A stretch of 64,000 nucleotides of DNA from Eledone cirrhosa (GCA_964016885.1 OZ024745.1:132556001-132620000), one strand, 5' to 3'; shown: positions 40,520 through 54,748, counted from the stretch's first letter. A program made the numbers and translations. Notes: generated by a model not told the origin, from the sequence alone.

Positions 40520-40532
<13 letters not shown>
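34072..40532 (-). mobile_element. Helitron, near full length, inactivated
   Basis: The minus-strand 3' end reads ...cccgggcaacaccggctgcctatgCTAG|t (GC-rich hairpin plus CTAG before T, at 34072). The 5' end reads tatatataaaacagaggatgtctgtctgtgtg and merges into a TA run at ~40530, so the terminal TC is not visible. It encloses the RepHel pseudogene. Confidence 0.92.
34829..39291 (-). pseudogene. Helitron Rep/PIF1-helicase (RepHel) pseudogene
   Basis: N-terminal Arg-rich repeats and a Zn motif (CSFCNAKKW..E..GLCC). Rep motifs FITFTCNP, EWQKRGLPHAHIL and KYICKY. PIF1 motifs DAPAGTGKT, GDFRQTLP, LCNGTRL, SINKSQGQT and HGQLYVGCSR. Split by several frameshifts and stops. Walker B reads WDK instead of WDE. 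Confidence 0.95.
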
Positions 40533-40553
<21 letters not shown>

Positions 40554-40557
<4 letters not shown>

Positions 40558-40771
40558 ATGATTTGGGAGAATCCTCAGTCACTGAAGAGGTCACAGAATG
40601 TGTGACGAAAGATCTTTGACAATATATGAACAACCGTCCGGTTATGGAGCCAACCAACCAACCAACCGGAAATTTATAAATTCTTAAATTTATAAATTTA
40701 ATTTATAATAAATTGGAGTGAAACAGCTGGTTCGTGTGTTTCTTATTGGCAACATGACCCGCCCAAAGTAT

Positions 40772-40775
<4 letters not shown>
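40554..40775 (+). mobile_element. 222-bp hammerhead-carrying mini element with TG...CA inverted termini in (TA)n
   Basis: Starts tgttatgatttggg and ends cccaaagtataaca, flanked by (AT)n. Contains the hammerhead at 40578-40620. Confidence 0.75.
40578..40620 (+). ncRNA. Minimal type I hammerhead ribozyme
   Basis: Reads gtca-CTGAAGA-g-gtcaca gaatg tgtgac-GAAA-gatc-TT-tgac. It has a 4-bp stem I, an intact core, a 6-bp stem II, and a 1-bp stem III closed by a palindromic GATC loop. Confidence 0.85.
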
Positions 40776-40830
<55 letters not shown>

Positions 40831-41063
40831 AAATAGAAAAAGAACGACTTCACTTTTAGCTGGTATTCTATAACAATTTAATTTTATAATTTTACAATTT
40901 TTACAATTTTATTATGTAGATCTAATTAAATTGTAAAGTAATTATTTTTCATTTTTCAGAATTACCTTAGTGTACAAAGGAACTCACGCATAAATATGTG
41001 TGTGTACGTGTGTATATGTGTTTGTGTGTATGCGTGTGTCTGCGCGCGCGCGCGCGTGTCTGT

Positions 41064-41100
<37 letters not shown>

Positions 41101-41990
41101 TGTGTGTCTGTGTGCATTTGTTGATAGTTATGATTTTTATGAAGCGTATGATTCGCAGTCATCAATTAATGTCATAAATCATTTCTTTAAGAATAATTTT
41201 TACTTTTAGACAGACCAACAATGGCGGCAAGTAATGTTGGAATTTATTGTAAACAAACGAATAAAATTAAATACATATTTTCTACGTTTATTCTTTTCCA
41301 TGAGAACTAAATCTCGCGACCGTAGCCAAAATTGAAGTTTATCTCGTAGACAAAATTCTATTTATCCGTCTTTGGCTTTCGTAGCCATCCCAGTATATTT
41401 AAGTTTGACATTTTAACAGCCTAATCATATTGAACTGTTTCCCATTAAGAAGCCTGAAGCATTATACAGCATTTTTCGTTCTACCTAAAATACCTTGTTT
41501 CCATTTTCAATTATATTCTATAATGTTGATCGAATTTGTAAACGATATACAACGATTTTTGTTTCCAAAGTATTCTGCTTATTTCAACGTGGATGTAGAC
41601 GATGCAAGGAACTAAAGAACTTTTGCTATACATCCTCTACATGAAAGTTCAAATAGATTTACGAAACGCCACCACAATAATACGTATCTGCAAGAAAACT
41701 GAAGTTGAATACCAGGAAGTGGTACATACTGATTGTTATTACATCCCTTTAATCCATTTCTATATAAATGAGTTGAGTTATTCCTTTCAATCTCTGTATA
41801 ACTAAAGCTTCAGAACCTTTCTGATTAATTCATATATACCATACATGTGTATGCATGCATGCACACACACACATATATATATACACGCACACATATATAT
41901 ATATGTTAATAAAAGGAATGCCAACTTTGTCTGATTTACTCGCTTTATTTACAATCCTTTAAAATTATAATGATATTATATTGAAATAAT

Positions 41991-42177
41991 TGTTTCTACT
42001 TTAGGCACAAGGCCAGCAAATTACCCAGTGCATTACTGGTACTTTATTTTATCGACCCCGTAAGGATGAAAGGCAAAGTCAACCTTGGTGGGATTTGAAC
42101 TCAGATCGTAAAGGGACGTAACTATGCTGGAAAGCATGGCGTCCGACCTTCTACCGATACTGCCAATCCACCATTAC
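41991..42177 (-). mobile_element. Meta-domain SINE (short form, young) with 16-bp TSD
   Basis: TSD attatattgaaataat at 41975-41990 and 42178-42193. A box tggcagtatcgg and B box gagttcaaatcc on the minus strand. Confidence 0.95.
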
Positions 42178-42312
42178 ATTATATTGAAATAATATGGTAG
42201 AATATTAAATGTTAAATGTTAATTAAACAAGTACTTTCATGCTTTCGCAATCTTCAGGTTCATATTCAATGGTGACTGTCAAGTTGTCATGCCATATCTA
42301 TTATTTCTCTCT

Positions 42313-42385
<73 letters not shown>

Positions 42386-42726
42386 TAGAGAGAGAGAGAG
42401 AGAGATTATAAGAACAGATAAAAGTGTAAGCAAAGAATGGCTGCTTTCACCCTTAACGGGATCTTCTGAAACTGAAAAAAATCAACCTGTGGACGCAGAA
42501 GTAAATATTTCAAAAAACCTTAGAACCGGAGGAAAAGAGGAAGACGATATGTGTGTATGTGTGAGTGTGTGTTTATGTGTGTATGTGCGTGTGTGTGCGC
42601 GTGTGTGTGCGCGTGTGTGTGTGCGTGTGTGGGTGTGCGTGTGTGGGTATGCGAGTGTATGTGTGTGCGTGTGAATGTGTGTGCGTGCGTGTGCGTGTGC
42701 GCGTGCGTGTGTGTGTGTGTGCACGC

Positions 42727-42776
<50 letters not shown>

Positions 42777-42799
42777 CTATCTATCGATATAGATAAAAT

Positions 42800-42929
42800 T
42801 GTTTCTACTTTTGGCACAAGGCCAGCAAATACCCACTGTATTACTGGTACTTTATTTTATCGACCCCGTAAGGATGAAAGGTAAAGTTAACCTTGGCATG
42901 ATTTGAACTCAGATGAGAAAGGGGCGTAA
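42800..42929 (-). mobile_element. Meta-domain SINE, 5'-truncated
   Basis: The core is present and the A-box head is missing. Confidence 0.85.
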
Positions 42930-43442
42930 TAGTTATATCGATATAGATATAGATATATCGTATATCGTAATAGATATATCGTATATCGATATAGATATAA
43001 AGATAGATAGTTTCAATTCTAAATAAACCAAGGCTTCTATATTACATCTTTAATCTCACCAATTGTTTCTATACAGATGAGGGAAATCTAAATACATGCC
43101 TACAATGACCCAATCTATTACAATTAATAACCATTCATTTGCTATCAATCTTCAAATGCATATCATCAGGAATGAGAAAGAAATTGTTAATTGTTAATTT
43201 ATAACATCAAGTTGTATCAAAGAATGAAACTGCGTAGATATCATAAGCAATCTTATAAATGGCAAACAGAGTGAAGAAGTTAGTTAGATGCACATAGTCA
43301 CGTAGATTATTGTACAAGCGTTCGTTATATAAAAGTTTACCGGACCATGTTTTTAAAGATGGAGAGAAAAAAAAATTGACTAGCGAAAATCATGTGGCAC
43401 TCTATAGTGTGAAGTCTTTAATCTGAGTTGTAATAGTAGTAG

Positions 43443-43568
43443 TGACGCTCCGTCGGTAACGACGACGAGTATTCCTGTGGGTACGATTAACAGAACAGTC
43501 TGCTCGTGAAATTAACGTACACATGACTGAGCATTCCATAAAGACGCGTACCTCTATCGCAGTCCTCA
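43443..43568 (-). mobile_element. Deu/Nin-type SINE 3' fragment
   Basis: Minus strand ttaatttcacgagcagactgttc resembles the Deu/Nin domain motif. It ends in a (CTA)n tail (gtagtagtag on plus). Family assignment is from memory, not from an alignment. Confidence 0.5.
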
Positions 43569-44513
43569 TCTTCTACTCATGTTTCATATGAATAAAAGTA
43601 TACAAGTTATAGCTTACACTTGTCTTAGTATCAAGGGATTAAACTTCACCGATAATTCAGAAGCACATGTCAGGCATTCTTCCGTGACCACTAAGCTGTG
43701 CCATGATCATAACTTTAAAAGACAACCGCCCACACACACCACACATACACATACAAAGTCAAATGCGAATATTTTAAACGTATTTTGAACACCTATTATA
43801 AGTATGTACTCAATATTTTAATAGATAGCACAGCTCTAAGACTGCAATGTATAAGCTGATTATAATATCTATTGCAGTACTATGTTACATCATATGATTT
43901 AGCATGTTGGCTTCAATGTTTTCATCGGAGGGTTTTGATAAGTAATAGTAATTTGATATACATTCAAGGTTACTGTCAGCTGCCTTTTTAGCTTTCATTT
44001 TTTCTTCTTTCCATTTTAAAATACCACTTGAGATTGCATGTTCACAATAATTTCATGAATGATGATTTTCATTCTAATGCGAAAACATATTTTATTGTAG
44101 ATGGATATTTTTTTTATTTATCTTTGTCTTTTACCGAAGATATTAATATTAAATTTCAAATTGGAAATACTACAAATGTGAATTCTAGTGGGATATAAAC
44201 ATATATTAAGTAGTTACGAGGAACTTTGAACTCGGTTTGTCTTTTAACTCGTTAAAAATAGAAAACTATTTTTTTTAGATGATATTACAATATAGAAGTA
44301 CTTATAGTTATTTACCTAGTCCTCTTTTAAACTATATGCATTGTCAAGCCAAGAAACGAGGAGTAATATTTTACCCAGCATTCAAATACATAAATATCAA
44401 TAAGAGTATGAGGAATCTCTCGTGATATATTCTATACGTTTCTTAAAGATAGACAAGGTAGTTGATTGAGTTTAAATGTTTTAATCATAAATAGTGTACT
44501 AAACGAAAATAAT

Positions 44514-44699
44514 TGTTTCTACTTTTGGCACAAGGCCAGCAATTATACAGTGCATTACTGGTACTTTATTTTATCGACCCCGTAAGGATGAAAGACAAAG
44601 TTAACCTCGGCGGGATTTGAACTCAGAATGTCAAGGGCCGCAACTCTATGCGTCAAAGCATGCCGTCCGACCCTCTACCGATACTGCCAATCCACCACC
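44514..44699 (-). mobile_element. Meta-domain SINE (short form, young) with 16-bp TSD
   Basis: TSD actaaacgaaaataat at 44498-44513 and 44700-44715. A and B boxes are intact. Confidence 0.95.
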
Positions 44700-44886
44700 A
44701 CTAAACGAAAATAATGGCAGGTTATTTGACACGCGGAATAAAAAGAAGTATAATTAGGTAAATTATACTAAGATTTAACAACTGTACAACATGCCAATCG
44801 TATATTGGCACTATATATATGCAGTGTGCTTTAACGCCTTTAGAGAAATAGGGTGTTTACATATACAGATTCAGTTATATCACATG

Positions 44887-44933
<47 letters not shown>

Positions 44934-45074
44934 TATATATATATATATATATATATGCACTACACACACACACATAAAAAAACACCGATGTTCGTTACTT
45001 TATATATTTTATACACACATATATATATAAACAGAGAGAGGGAGGGAGGAGATTGAAAGAGCGAGAGAGTTAAA

Positions 45075-45204
<130 letters not shown>

Positions 45205-45589
45205 CCAGTTATACTTGAGACTACATTAACAAAACTCTGAACAGCCGACCTGCGTCACTAAAAACCTAACCCAGAAGCTAGTATATATTTGATAAACAAT
45301 AAAAGGTACTGTTCTCTTTGTATTTCTTCTTTCAGTATTGCATTTAATGGAGAAATTGACATTTTGACTAAGAAATTAATTCCTGTATATTAATGAATAC
45401 TGACGTGATAGAAAACCTTTGAGGGCGTTTCTGAACTCACCACCATCAATTTATGTAGGAACAATTGGAAAAAGCAAGGCGACTAAAACGTTTTCAAAAA
45501 TGTTGCCTAATGTAATCTATATTAAGTTGCTTTTATTCGATTTTTATCCTAAGCTATTTCTAAAGATTATTGAACTGAGTGTGATTAAC

Positions 45590-45960
45590 GGTATGATTGA
45601 GACAAGACTGAGGATCATTTCAGAACTAAATATAAAGGATCTGACTGAACATCTGAATCCTGCTCCTACTCATTTCAATTTGAAGGATCAAAAACTAAAT
45701 TTTAATATTAACCCATCTATTCGGGTTTTTAACCCAAGTAATTCAGATATTCGCAGGCATAATAAAAGTATTTTAGATATAAATGTACAAAGATTTGGAC
45801 AAAAAGACTGTGATTAAGTGGCTTAATTGCATATTAGAATGTTGCTTTTGTCTCCAGTTTGACATATAACTATTATTCTTCTATCATCCTACCATTACTA
45901 TTTATGACTAGGATTTCGTAATGCTGGGAAGAAAGCGATAATCTTCGACAAATCTATATG
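45590..45960 (+). mobile_element. Decayed Penelope-like reverse transcriptase fragment
   Basis: THFNLKDQKLNFNINPSIRVFNPSNSDIRRHNKSILD resembles the PLE RT motif 1-2 region (LKDHK.NF..NP..RLINP..S.IG..SK.ILD). It is followed by FDI..YYSSI. Confidence 0.65.
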
Positions 45961-47879
45961 GTTAAATCAACGAATAGCAGCCCTTCAATGTGAGCATGGA
46001 GACATGTGATTCAGTAGAGATCTCACTTCTTGCCTATATCTGAGGTTTGAAAGATAGAAACAGCTGATATGGCTTCCATTGGCAGATATTGGGTAAGGTT
46101 AACGACAGCAGACATACAATGTGGTCTTTGTGTCGGTGAGGTCCAGGAAATCTTCTACGTCTAGGGGAGTATTCTGAACAAAAGCTCAGGGACGCCATCA
46201 CCCGTAATCATAACTACAAGAATGTTCTACACTACATCCCCACATTGTATACAGATATATGACAGGTGTCTACACGCTACCAGTATACATGCGAAGTAGA
46301 AGATGCCGCGGCAACCGCAGAAAAATTATATTTAAACACTTTTATTCTGATTTTATATTCCATTTTCTAAATTACACACATGTTTAATTTAGAACATATA
46401 TAGTAAGGTGAACGTAAGTCTATGTATAATCCCAAACATACATACACATATGTACATATATGTGAATGAGTGCATGCAGACGTACACATAAGTGCGTATA
46501 TACCCTGCTCATCATACGTTTCTATACACGTTATAGCTATATAAATATTTTGCTTATTTAATGAGTGAAATACACTTTTAGGTTCTTACTTTACGTCACA
46601 GTAAATGATGTATTTACTTCTATTTTCTCCCAGGTGCAAACGAAACTCATAGCTGTAAATCCGCCGAGCATTACGTCAGAATACTGTTATGTATTTCTAT
46701 ATTTAAACGCGATATTCACTGGTAATGTTTCGAAATATTTATATCTACGCTCAAAGATATTTTATTATACGTGTATTAATGAGATTAGTGACATCAAAGT
46801 CTCTACAATCCATTGCTGAATGTTCCTGTTCATTCTAGTATCTGGTAGCGACAGTCAATAACAATAGTCTCAAACGAACAGCATATGTCTTTAACGATGA
46901 CGTTGAATTTCATGTGTAGAATAGAATAGGAGATAGTTTAAGCGGAGTAGATAACTTTTTCTGGATGATTCTTACAGAGACAATTTGAAATATGATCATA
47001 TTCGGGGATTTATATTAGTCTATGATATTAATTATGGTTTCACCATGATAATAAAACTATGAGAAATATAACTTTATTGATGCCAAAATGATAAACAGGC
47101 CCCGATATCGTACCAATTTAATCTTCTTTATATGCACATAGTCTTCCTCATGTCATCAATATGTCTGTCGCAAAGTTTCTACATATAGTTAAAGCATTAT
47201 CTACATTTATTGATATAGCAATTCTTCATATCAACAGCATAACACCAGCACATGTAATTTCAGCAATAATGAAACTACAACATATTTCAAATTAATACCA
47301 TCACATAAGATATCACAATAGAATCCTATAGCGCAATCAGTAGATTCCAGCAAAATAATATGAATTAAACTTCTCATTAAAGCACTATTACTTAACATGA
47401 CAATATTCCAATATAATATTTATATTTTATACAGTGATCGATTCATTTATACTTATTAAATTTTCATTGCATCATTTCCAACTACTGATAAAACCCGTAC
47501 ATTTTTCACTTCTCTTTATCTGACATTCTATCTATTTATGTATCTATATTTTTGTGTACGCCCTCAGTCCATAATGTCATCACATGTGTTACCATAATCA
47601 AACATTTTATTAACTCAGTTATGTTTGCCCAGATGAAGATATATTATATAACTAACGTGTAAAACAAATATTTAGCAAGACTTTTGCTACGGTTAAAGTT
47701 CCCCTATTCGATAAATATACAATATGCAGTGGAAATAGCTTGATCTTGTTTGAATAAGAAGGATATTTATGGATCAAGGCTAGAAATGAATGATTAAATA
47801 TGGGATATAATAGTAGGTATAAATATGTCATATAATATAATATTTGGAGATGAATTCAAAGGAGATTGATATGCGCATT

Positions 47880-47934
<55 letters not shown>

Positions 47935-48118
47935 CCTTTATTCTGAAAGAAAAATTCGTTGCATATTAACAATACATATATTCAATAGTTTCTATACAAT
48001 ATACCTTGTGACTGAATTAGTAAATGAATGTGTATGCACACGCGTATGTATTCTTAAACACACGCACGCACACTCAAACACATATGCACATACATATACA
48101 CGCACGCACACACACACG

Positions 48119-48185
<67 letters not shown>

Positions 48186-48968
48186 TCTATTTCTTCATGA
48201 GATGTTTTGTATAGCACAATGATTGAGCATTATTAAAATATGATTGGAATTATGTTGAGAGATTAATGTTGGAATAATAGAGATAGCTGAAGGTGCTAAG
48301 GCGGCGTGATAATCGTGATGTGAGCTTCAGTAAATGAACTAAACTAGTTAAAACTATATACTATTCACTGACATGCTATTCCAATCTTTCTAAACGAGAC
48401 CAATTTTCACTTCCGGAGTTGTTTATTCATTTAGCGTATAATTACGTTTATTGATATATATTTTTCTATGAATATATTTAGTATCATACTTAGTCGCGAA
48501 AGTAACCGAAATATAATTTCTCTTATGTGTGGAGTTGGTAAAATTACATGTATGTTATTATTTATATCGGTATACATAAATAAATTAATAAATAATAAAG
48601 AAATCATTATTTATATTAGTATACTATATTAGTATACTAAGTGAGAGAGATAGAAGAGTATTGGTTGACAAATAATACCGGGCTAGGTGTAAAGTCTGTC
48701 ACACTTTCCCCTTTACCTTCTCTTTCCTCCATTACCTATAATTCCTTGTTATGTCCCTATAATCTTTGCTCTTTCCTTCCTGTTAATCTCATTTATGGCA
48801 TCTATAATCCTTTCCTTTCCTTTCCTATACAACCGACCCTTATTACGATATCCCACATTTTATGACAATTTTCTCTTTATTCCTTTTTTAATATTTCCAT
48901 CATTGTATAACTTTTGTTTATAAAATCTTTTAATTATAAACCTATGGAGTATTATTTCAAGAATCAAG

Positions 48969-49141
48969 GGCAGTGGATTGGCAGTATCGGTAGATCGTCG
49001 GACACCATGCTTTGCAGCATAGAGTTATGGCTCTTTACGTTCTGAGTTCAAATCCCGTCGATGTTACCTTTGCCTTTCATCCTTACGAGTTCGGTAAAAT
49101 AAAGTACCTGTCATACACTGGGGTCGAGTTAATCGACCCCC
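48969..49141 (+). mobile_element. Meta-domain SINE
   Basis: Reads gtggattggcagtatcggtaga...gagttcaaatccc...tttgcctttcatccttacgagttcggtaaaataaagtacc. Confidence 0.9.
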
Positions 49142-49785
49142 CAAAAAAATTTCAGTCAATAAAAAACAACAAAATAACAATTGGGAAGAAAAAGGACAAA
49201 TTCCGTGTCTCTTTTATTCTAAAATATGGTATAATATCATCATGATCTAAGTCTCAAATATATTCTTAAACAAATTCAAATCCCCAAATGGGCTGTAGCT
49301 CTTTACTTCGTGAAATCTATTATTACACTTAAACATAAACTTTATCGGTGAGCCTTACCAAGGTGATCCCTCTGCAATTGGAACAGTCTCTCTTGTCTCG
49401 CTTTTTGGAAATTGGAATTATATCTCCCGATTGCCATTGTATAGGTGTTTTTCCAGAGATCCAGGCAACCCGGCACACATGTGTCAGTCAGTGGAAATGT
49501 ATATTAAATCATTAAAATCTATCCAGGACAGCTTCAATATGATTATTTGTCACATTATAGTGGTGGACTACTCAGCTTAGATAAAAATATATATTAATTA
49601 ATGGAAAGATATTTTCAAACGTTGCATTATGATTAAGAAATTTATGTTTGAAATATTCAAAACATTCCTAGATTACATATATTTTCAGAAAGGAGGTTGT
49701 TTTTACTGAAATTACTTCAAATAGAAATAGACCTAGAAATCATCTAAAGTCTGTCTTAAGCTAGAAGGCTGGTAAGTCCAGTGCT

Positions 49786-49975
49786 TATTCATATTTCGTG
49801 GCATGAAGCGACTGAGAGTATATAAACTGGACATGACGCCTGTCCATCGCTGGGGTAAACTCCCAGCTATTGCTGGTACTCATGTCCAGCTGAGTATAGT
49901 GGAGCAATGAGAAATGAAGTGTTTTGATCAAGAACGGAACACGCAACCCAGCCCAGGAATCGAACCTACTAATCA
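49786..49975 (-). mobile_element. CORE-type SINE fragment
   Basis: Minus strand has B box ggttcgattcc, then ttcttgatcaaaacacttcat and a CORE-like ctccactatactcagctggacatgagtaccagc. Confidence 0.65.
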
Positions 49976-52393
49976 TACATTAACACAATATTTATTTTCG
50001 ATTTAAAAGAGACATTGATCGAACAATTCAATTGTGAATTCAGAAACACTTCACATTGTTAAATACCCAAACTGTTATACGAGGATTCAAGGTGCAAGTG
50101 TCTTTGATATATAGTTATCTGCGACACAGCAGACGTTTCACGTTTTATATGGGTTTATTCTAGTATAGAAAAAAGAGAAGCAATTGCTGTCGTTGAATTC
50201 AGAAGATTGCTTTTTGTGAAGAAAAGAAATAATAAACCCGACAGGAAATTGTGTGGAATTTTTACGTCTAACATTGTAAATATCATCCATATGGTGTGCT
50301 TTAGCCTAAACACTATTTGGCAGAAAATCATATTTCTTGTTTAATGTCTGACAGCTAGGATTTTGGATCCGAATATAAATATGCCATTACATCATGCCTA
50401 CATTATTGCGTTGTTGTATTCTATAATCCTAAGCGGTTATCTGGAATAAATATTGTTTACGTTGGTATATATGTTTTAAGAATGTTTGGATTAAAGCATA
50501 GGACATAAAACTTCACTAGAAATAAATTGTGTATATTAGGTATTCTATTAGAAATAGTCTGTTGCAGTAAATTATAAGAGCTGATGGGCGTATTAATAGC
50601 ATTTCACTGCAACCTCGCTATTATTGTGCTTGATAAGTTAAAATGTGGTTCAGAACGTTGAAATCTTAGTCGTTCGTGAGTATTTATTTTCTGCTAGTGG
50701 ATGTGTTTGAACGAAAGTACAATGTTTTCTGTAATTCTTTTTAAGTTTATTTCGCCTTTTATGAATCTCATATATACCGGGCACATCTTAAATTATATTA
50801 TTGACTCAATAAATTAATTCATAGACATACGTCTTCTTCTTCTTCTTCTTCTTCTTCTTCTTCTTTAACAATTTCTCATTGTGCCCCTCTATCTTTAACT
50901 CTCCCATATAACAAGACTACATTTCAAGTATTAATACTTCTCCGTAGTTTATATATACATTAACATTATAATCATATATTTGCCACATAGCATTACAAAT
51001 ATATTTCAATATATGTTCACACATAATTGATACATAAATATCGTGACACATTAGGATTTTTCTATCCTCGAGACATCAACATAGATAAAACCAGTAAAAT
51101 ATATATCTTATGCTGAATATGGTTGATAATGATAATTGTTATGATAAAACTGCTTAAGGTGAGATGTGTCTGTACTGTGAGTATTTTACTTTGGTGACTT
51201 TAATTCTCTAAAAGAATCGGAAATATGCGTATATAACTTCCATTTCTTAGAAAGTTGAATAAACCGCAGGAAGATCTTCGGCTGAATACACAATAGAATA
51301 CTATATAGATTATCACTGCTAGCGATGCGAGTGTATTCAGAACGGTTGTTCCAAAATCAGCACACAGATAATTATACCTATTTAGGAGAATTCCATTTCT
51401 CTTCATACACCAATTTCGAAACAAAACATACTTAGTAACCTATGCAAATCATTGCATCTATACTTATACTTATATTTCTATGATGTAATTTCGTATATTT
51501 AATGGTTGCAATGAACCACAGCATTCCTAATCATGTTCAGATATAATATTTCGGGATATTAGTACATACCAGCAACATCATCAGATGACATGCTGTTTTT
51601 GCAGTTTAATTGGAGGTAGTAAATTTGTGTATTCAGCTAAAAGTCATAATCGATAAGTTATTTGTATGACCGAATAATAACACACTTTCTTTCTTGATCG
51701 TCATTTGACAATTATATACTTAACAAACACAGACAATGCCATAGTAATGTTGTGTAACATCATTAAACACAGCAATCAATAATAGAATACCTCATACTGC
51801 TTTAATTCTCAATTGATGTGAAATCATCTATGATATTATGTACAGTGATGTGTAGAAGCCAGTCGGCAGCTGTATAAATTGCAACAAATACTTGTTCTGT
51901 TATTTGCGGTACCATGTTCACATGAAATAATTATGTATATAGCATAAACATGATTCAATACGAAATTTGCTTAGGTTTATAAACAATAATTTATCAATCA
52001 AGTCTCCTTTTTAAAAGGAATATTCTATGTGTGCTATGCAAGTGTGGAAAATCTAGTCAGTCTAATGTATATTTATATTCACATAAAACCAATGGGTGGG
52101 CATACATTCTAAATTAAGAGGAAAGAATATTCATCATTTACAAAAGATACACTAGAACGTTCTCAAATTGCTATATCCATGTCAATACAGCGAATATTCA
52201 CTCGGTGTAGAATCGTACAATCATGATGTCTTTATCTTACTGTATAAATAAACTTGCTATCAGTTTGCGCATCCAGTTTCCAAACATATACTTAGCATGT
52301 GTTTTAGATTTGATATAGATATTTCTGTTAATGTTTCTTGATATATCGTGTCATAATGTTATATAAATAACAACAACAATAATGTTAATAAGG

Positions 52394-52675
52394 ATTTCTA
52401 CTATCGGGACACGGCCAACACATTTTCGGGGAGGAGAAAGTCGATTAGATTGACCCCAGTGAATTATTAGTGTTCTAATTTAATGACGCGACAAGGATGA
52501 AAGGCAAAGGCAGCCTCGGCGGTATTTGAAGGCAAAGAACCGTAACCATATGACGCTAAACGCGTTCCCGAGACACTACATATACCGTCTATCTCCCGTC
52601 CTTATAATAGTAATAATGACAATAATAATTATTATTATTTCTACTTTTGGCACAAGGCCAGCAATTATCCCAGTG
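52394..52675 (-). mobile_element. Diverged long-form Meta SINE plus an adjacent short-form 3' stub
   Basis: Core aaggatgaaaggcaaaggcagcctcggcgg. The stub tttctacttttggcacaaggccagcaattatcccagtg lies at 52638-52675. Confidence 0.8.
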
Positions 52676-54263
52676 TTGAGTATGCTATGAGAAGGTAATT
52701 TCTAGACGTTCTTACTACCTATTCTGCATGTTATTTAATCCTTTAACGAAACGCGGGTGATGACTCCTGAATTTCTGTCTAACATCCAGGTTGTTTTCAA
52801 AGATGAACATTCTAGTAATAATGTCTATCGTAGTAACTTGATCTCCACATAATATAATGTCTCACCAGGATTGACAAATAATATTAGAGTGAATTGTGAA
52901 TATAAAGTATTATACAGCCAGCCATTTCGTCGTTATATACAATAAAATATGTTATTCTGTACATATTATTGTGCTTCGTTTATGTCAAATCAATATAGGT
53001 TTTCATCATAATAAACCCTGTACATGAGAATAGGTTATAATGAGAAGACATCGAGATTTCATTTTGGGACAAGTAAAAATATATACTTTCGAAATATTTC
53101 TTCATATAAATAATCTTAAATTCACATTATACATATCATGTTTGTATATTACATAATTATTAACATCGCTAAATATTTCTGATATCTAGAATCTAGGTAA
53201 TAAAAATTATAAGGTTTTCTGTCGATTGAAAGCCTTGTTTTTATACTAACACGTTTTGACCAAAGTCGATTTCTGTCGTATATTCCGAATCATTTGTTTC
53301 AAGAAATACGTTACTGTTAGCAGAGTAGACTGTACCTAACACATATATGTAAGACAACACATCTCCTTTATAGACAAACGAAATTAGTTTTTATTTGAAT
53401 GAGAATGTTTAGCATATTAACATCCCCAATATAAATGATTCAGTAAACTGTGTTTTAGTAATAAAGATGCGGGTGTACATTAGAATTAGTGATTTAGAGA
53501 AAGTGGAAATATTAAAAGTGGACTCGAACATTACTTGTAATTCCATTGTTATAGAGAATTAATATATGACTGCAGCCTTTTTTTAGCCATTCTATCGTTA
53601 CTGCGGATTATTCTAGCAAATAAAACTTCGTGGATTAACTTCGAGTCGATGAAACTAAAATAAGCTCCAGAAGGAATTTAGTCAATAGTATTTTAATATG
53701 TATGTTAAGAAAATTACCAAGATATTGATTAAATAATGAAATCACTATTTCTCGCCAGTAATATATATTGAGTTTAAATAGTAGTTATCTTATGGCGTTA
53801 TTCATTGTTTTTCTCACACAGTCAGGACTTCGGCTGATACGTTAGAAGGATGTCTACCACTTTTATACTCACTCCCGCTTCTAACAGAAATGCCTTTAGT
53901 AAGTTGTGATCAACGAAGTTTAGGTGTCCGAAACAGGCATCCAATGTAATTGCACATGGTACTCTGTACACAAGCAGCAAACCCTTTATATAGCATCAGA
54001 TGCACTCGTATGTCAGGCTTTGATTATGCTACATATTTTTCTCTTATATGTTTATAACAGGATCGCTATTAATTCTAACAAATTGGGTATAGACAACACA
54101 CTATTTCTCAACAAAATTTACATAAAATCATTACATATATCAAACATACCTCCGATATCATTCTTCCTTCTGAACAACATACATGTGATGTGACAGAACC
54201 TTCTATCAACGTGTCATTTTATAATCAATAATGAACAGTCATCATTATCATAGATCTATAAAG

Positions 54264-54466
54264 AGCTGTGGATTGGCAGAATCACTAGAACGTCGGACAC
54301 CATGCTTTGCAGCATAGAGTTGCGTGCCCTTACATTCTGGGTTCAAATCCCGCTGAGCTGAGTTTTGGCTTTCATCTTTACAGTATCGATAGTAATGTGC
54401 TTGGGTTGATTTAATCGACTTCCACCCCTCCCAAAATCGTTGGCATTATACCTAAATCAGGAACCA
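54264..54466 (+). mobile_element. Meta-domain SINE (long form, diverged)
   Basis: A box tggcagaatc, B box gggttcaaatcc and a degenerate Meta core. Confidence 0.85.
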
Positions 54467-54748
54467 TTATGATAGACCTATGACACCGATTATACTTCAC
54501 TTTGGAAGCTCAAGATTTGTGCCCTGTAACAGAATTAATGACAATCGAGGGTCTAATAATAAAACAAAGAATAATGCCCCCAATATTAATAGCTCATGTT
54601 CCATAAATCTGAACATTCGAAAATTCTTCGATATCAAGTCACTAATATGTTACCTGCTCTAACAAAACTAAGTTCTGCATCTATACAAACTACCTGTGTT
54701 GCTTTGAACTTGCCAGTAGTATTTTGCTCCATTCATTATATCTAACAT

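Noticed and set aside
44514-44699. tRNA gene calls for the A/B-box sequences
   Set aside because: These are SINE heads. A-B spacing is extended, no cloverleaf is evident, and they are followed by the Meta core and bounded by TSDs.
46620-46819. Strong acceptor-like ttctattttctcccag|G suggesting a host exon
   Set aside because: No recognisable protein in any frame and no partner exons found. It needs RNA-seq.
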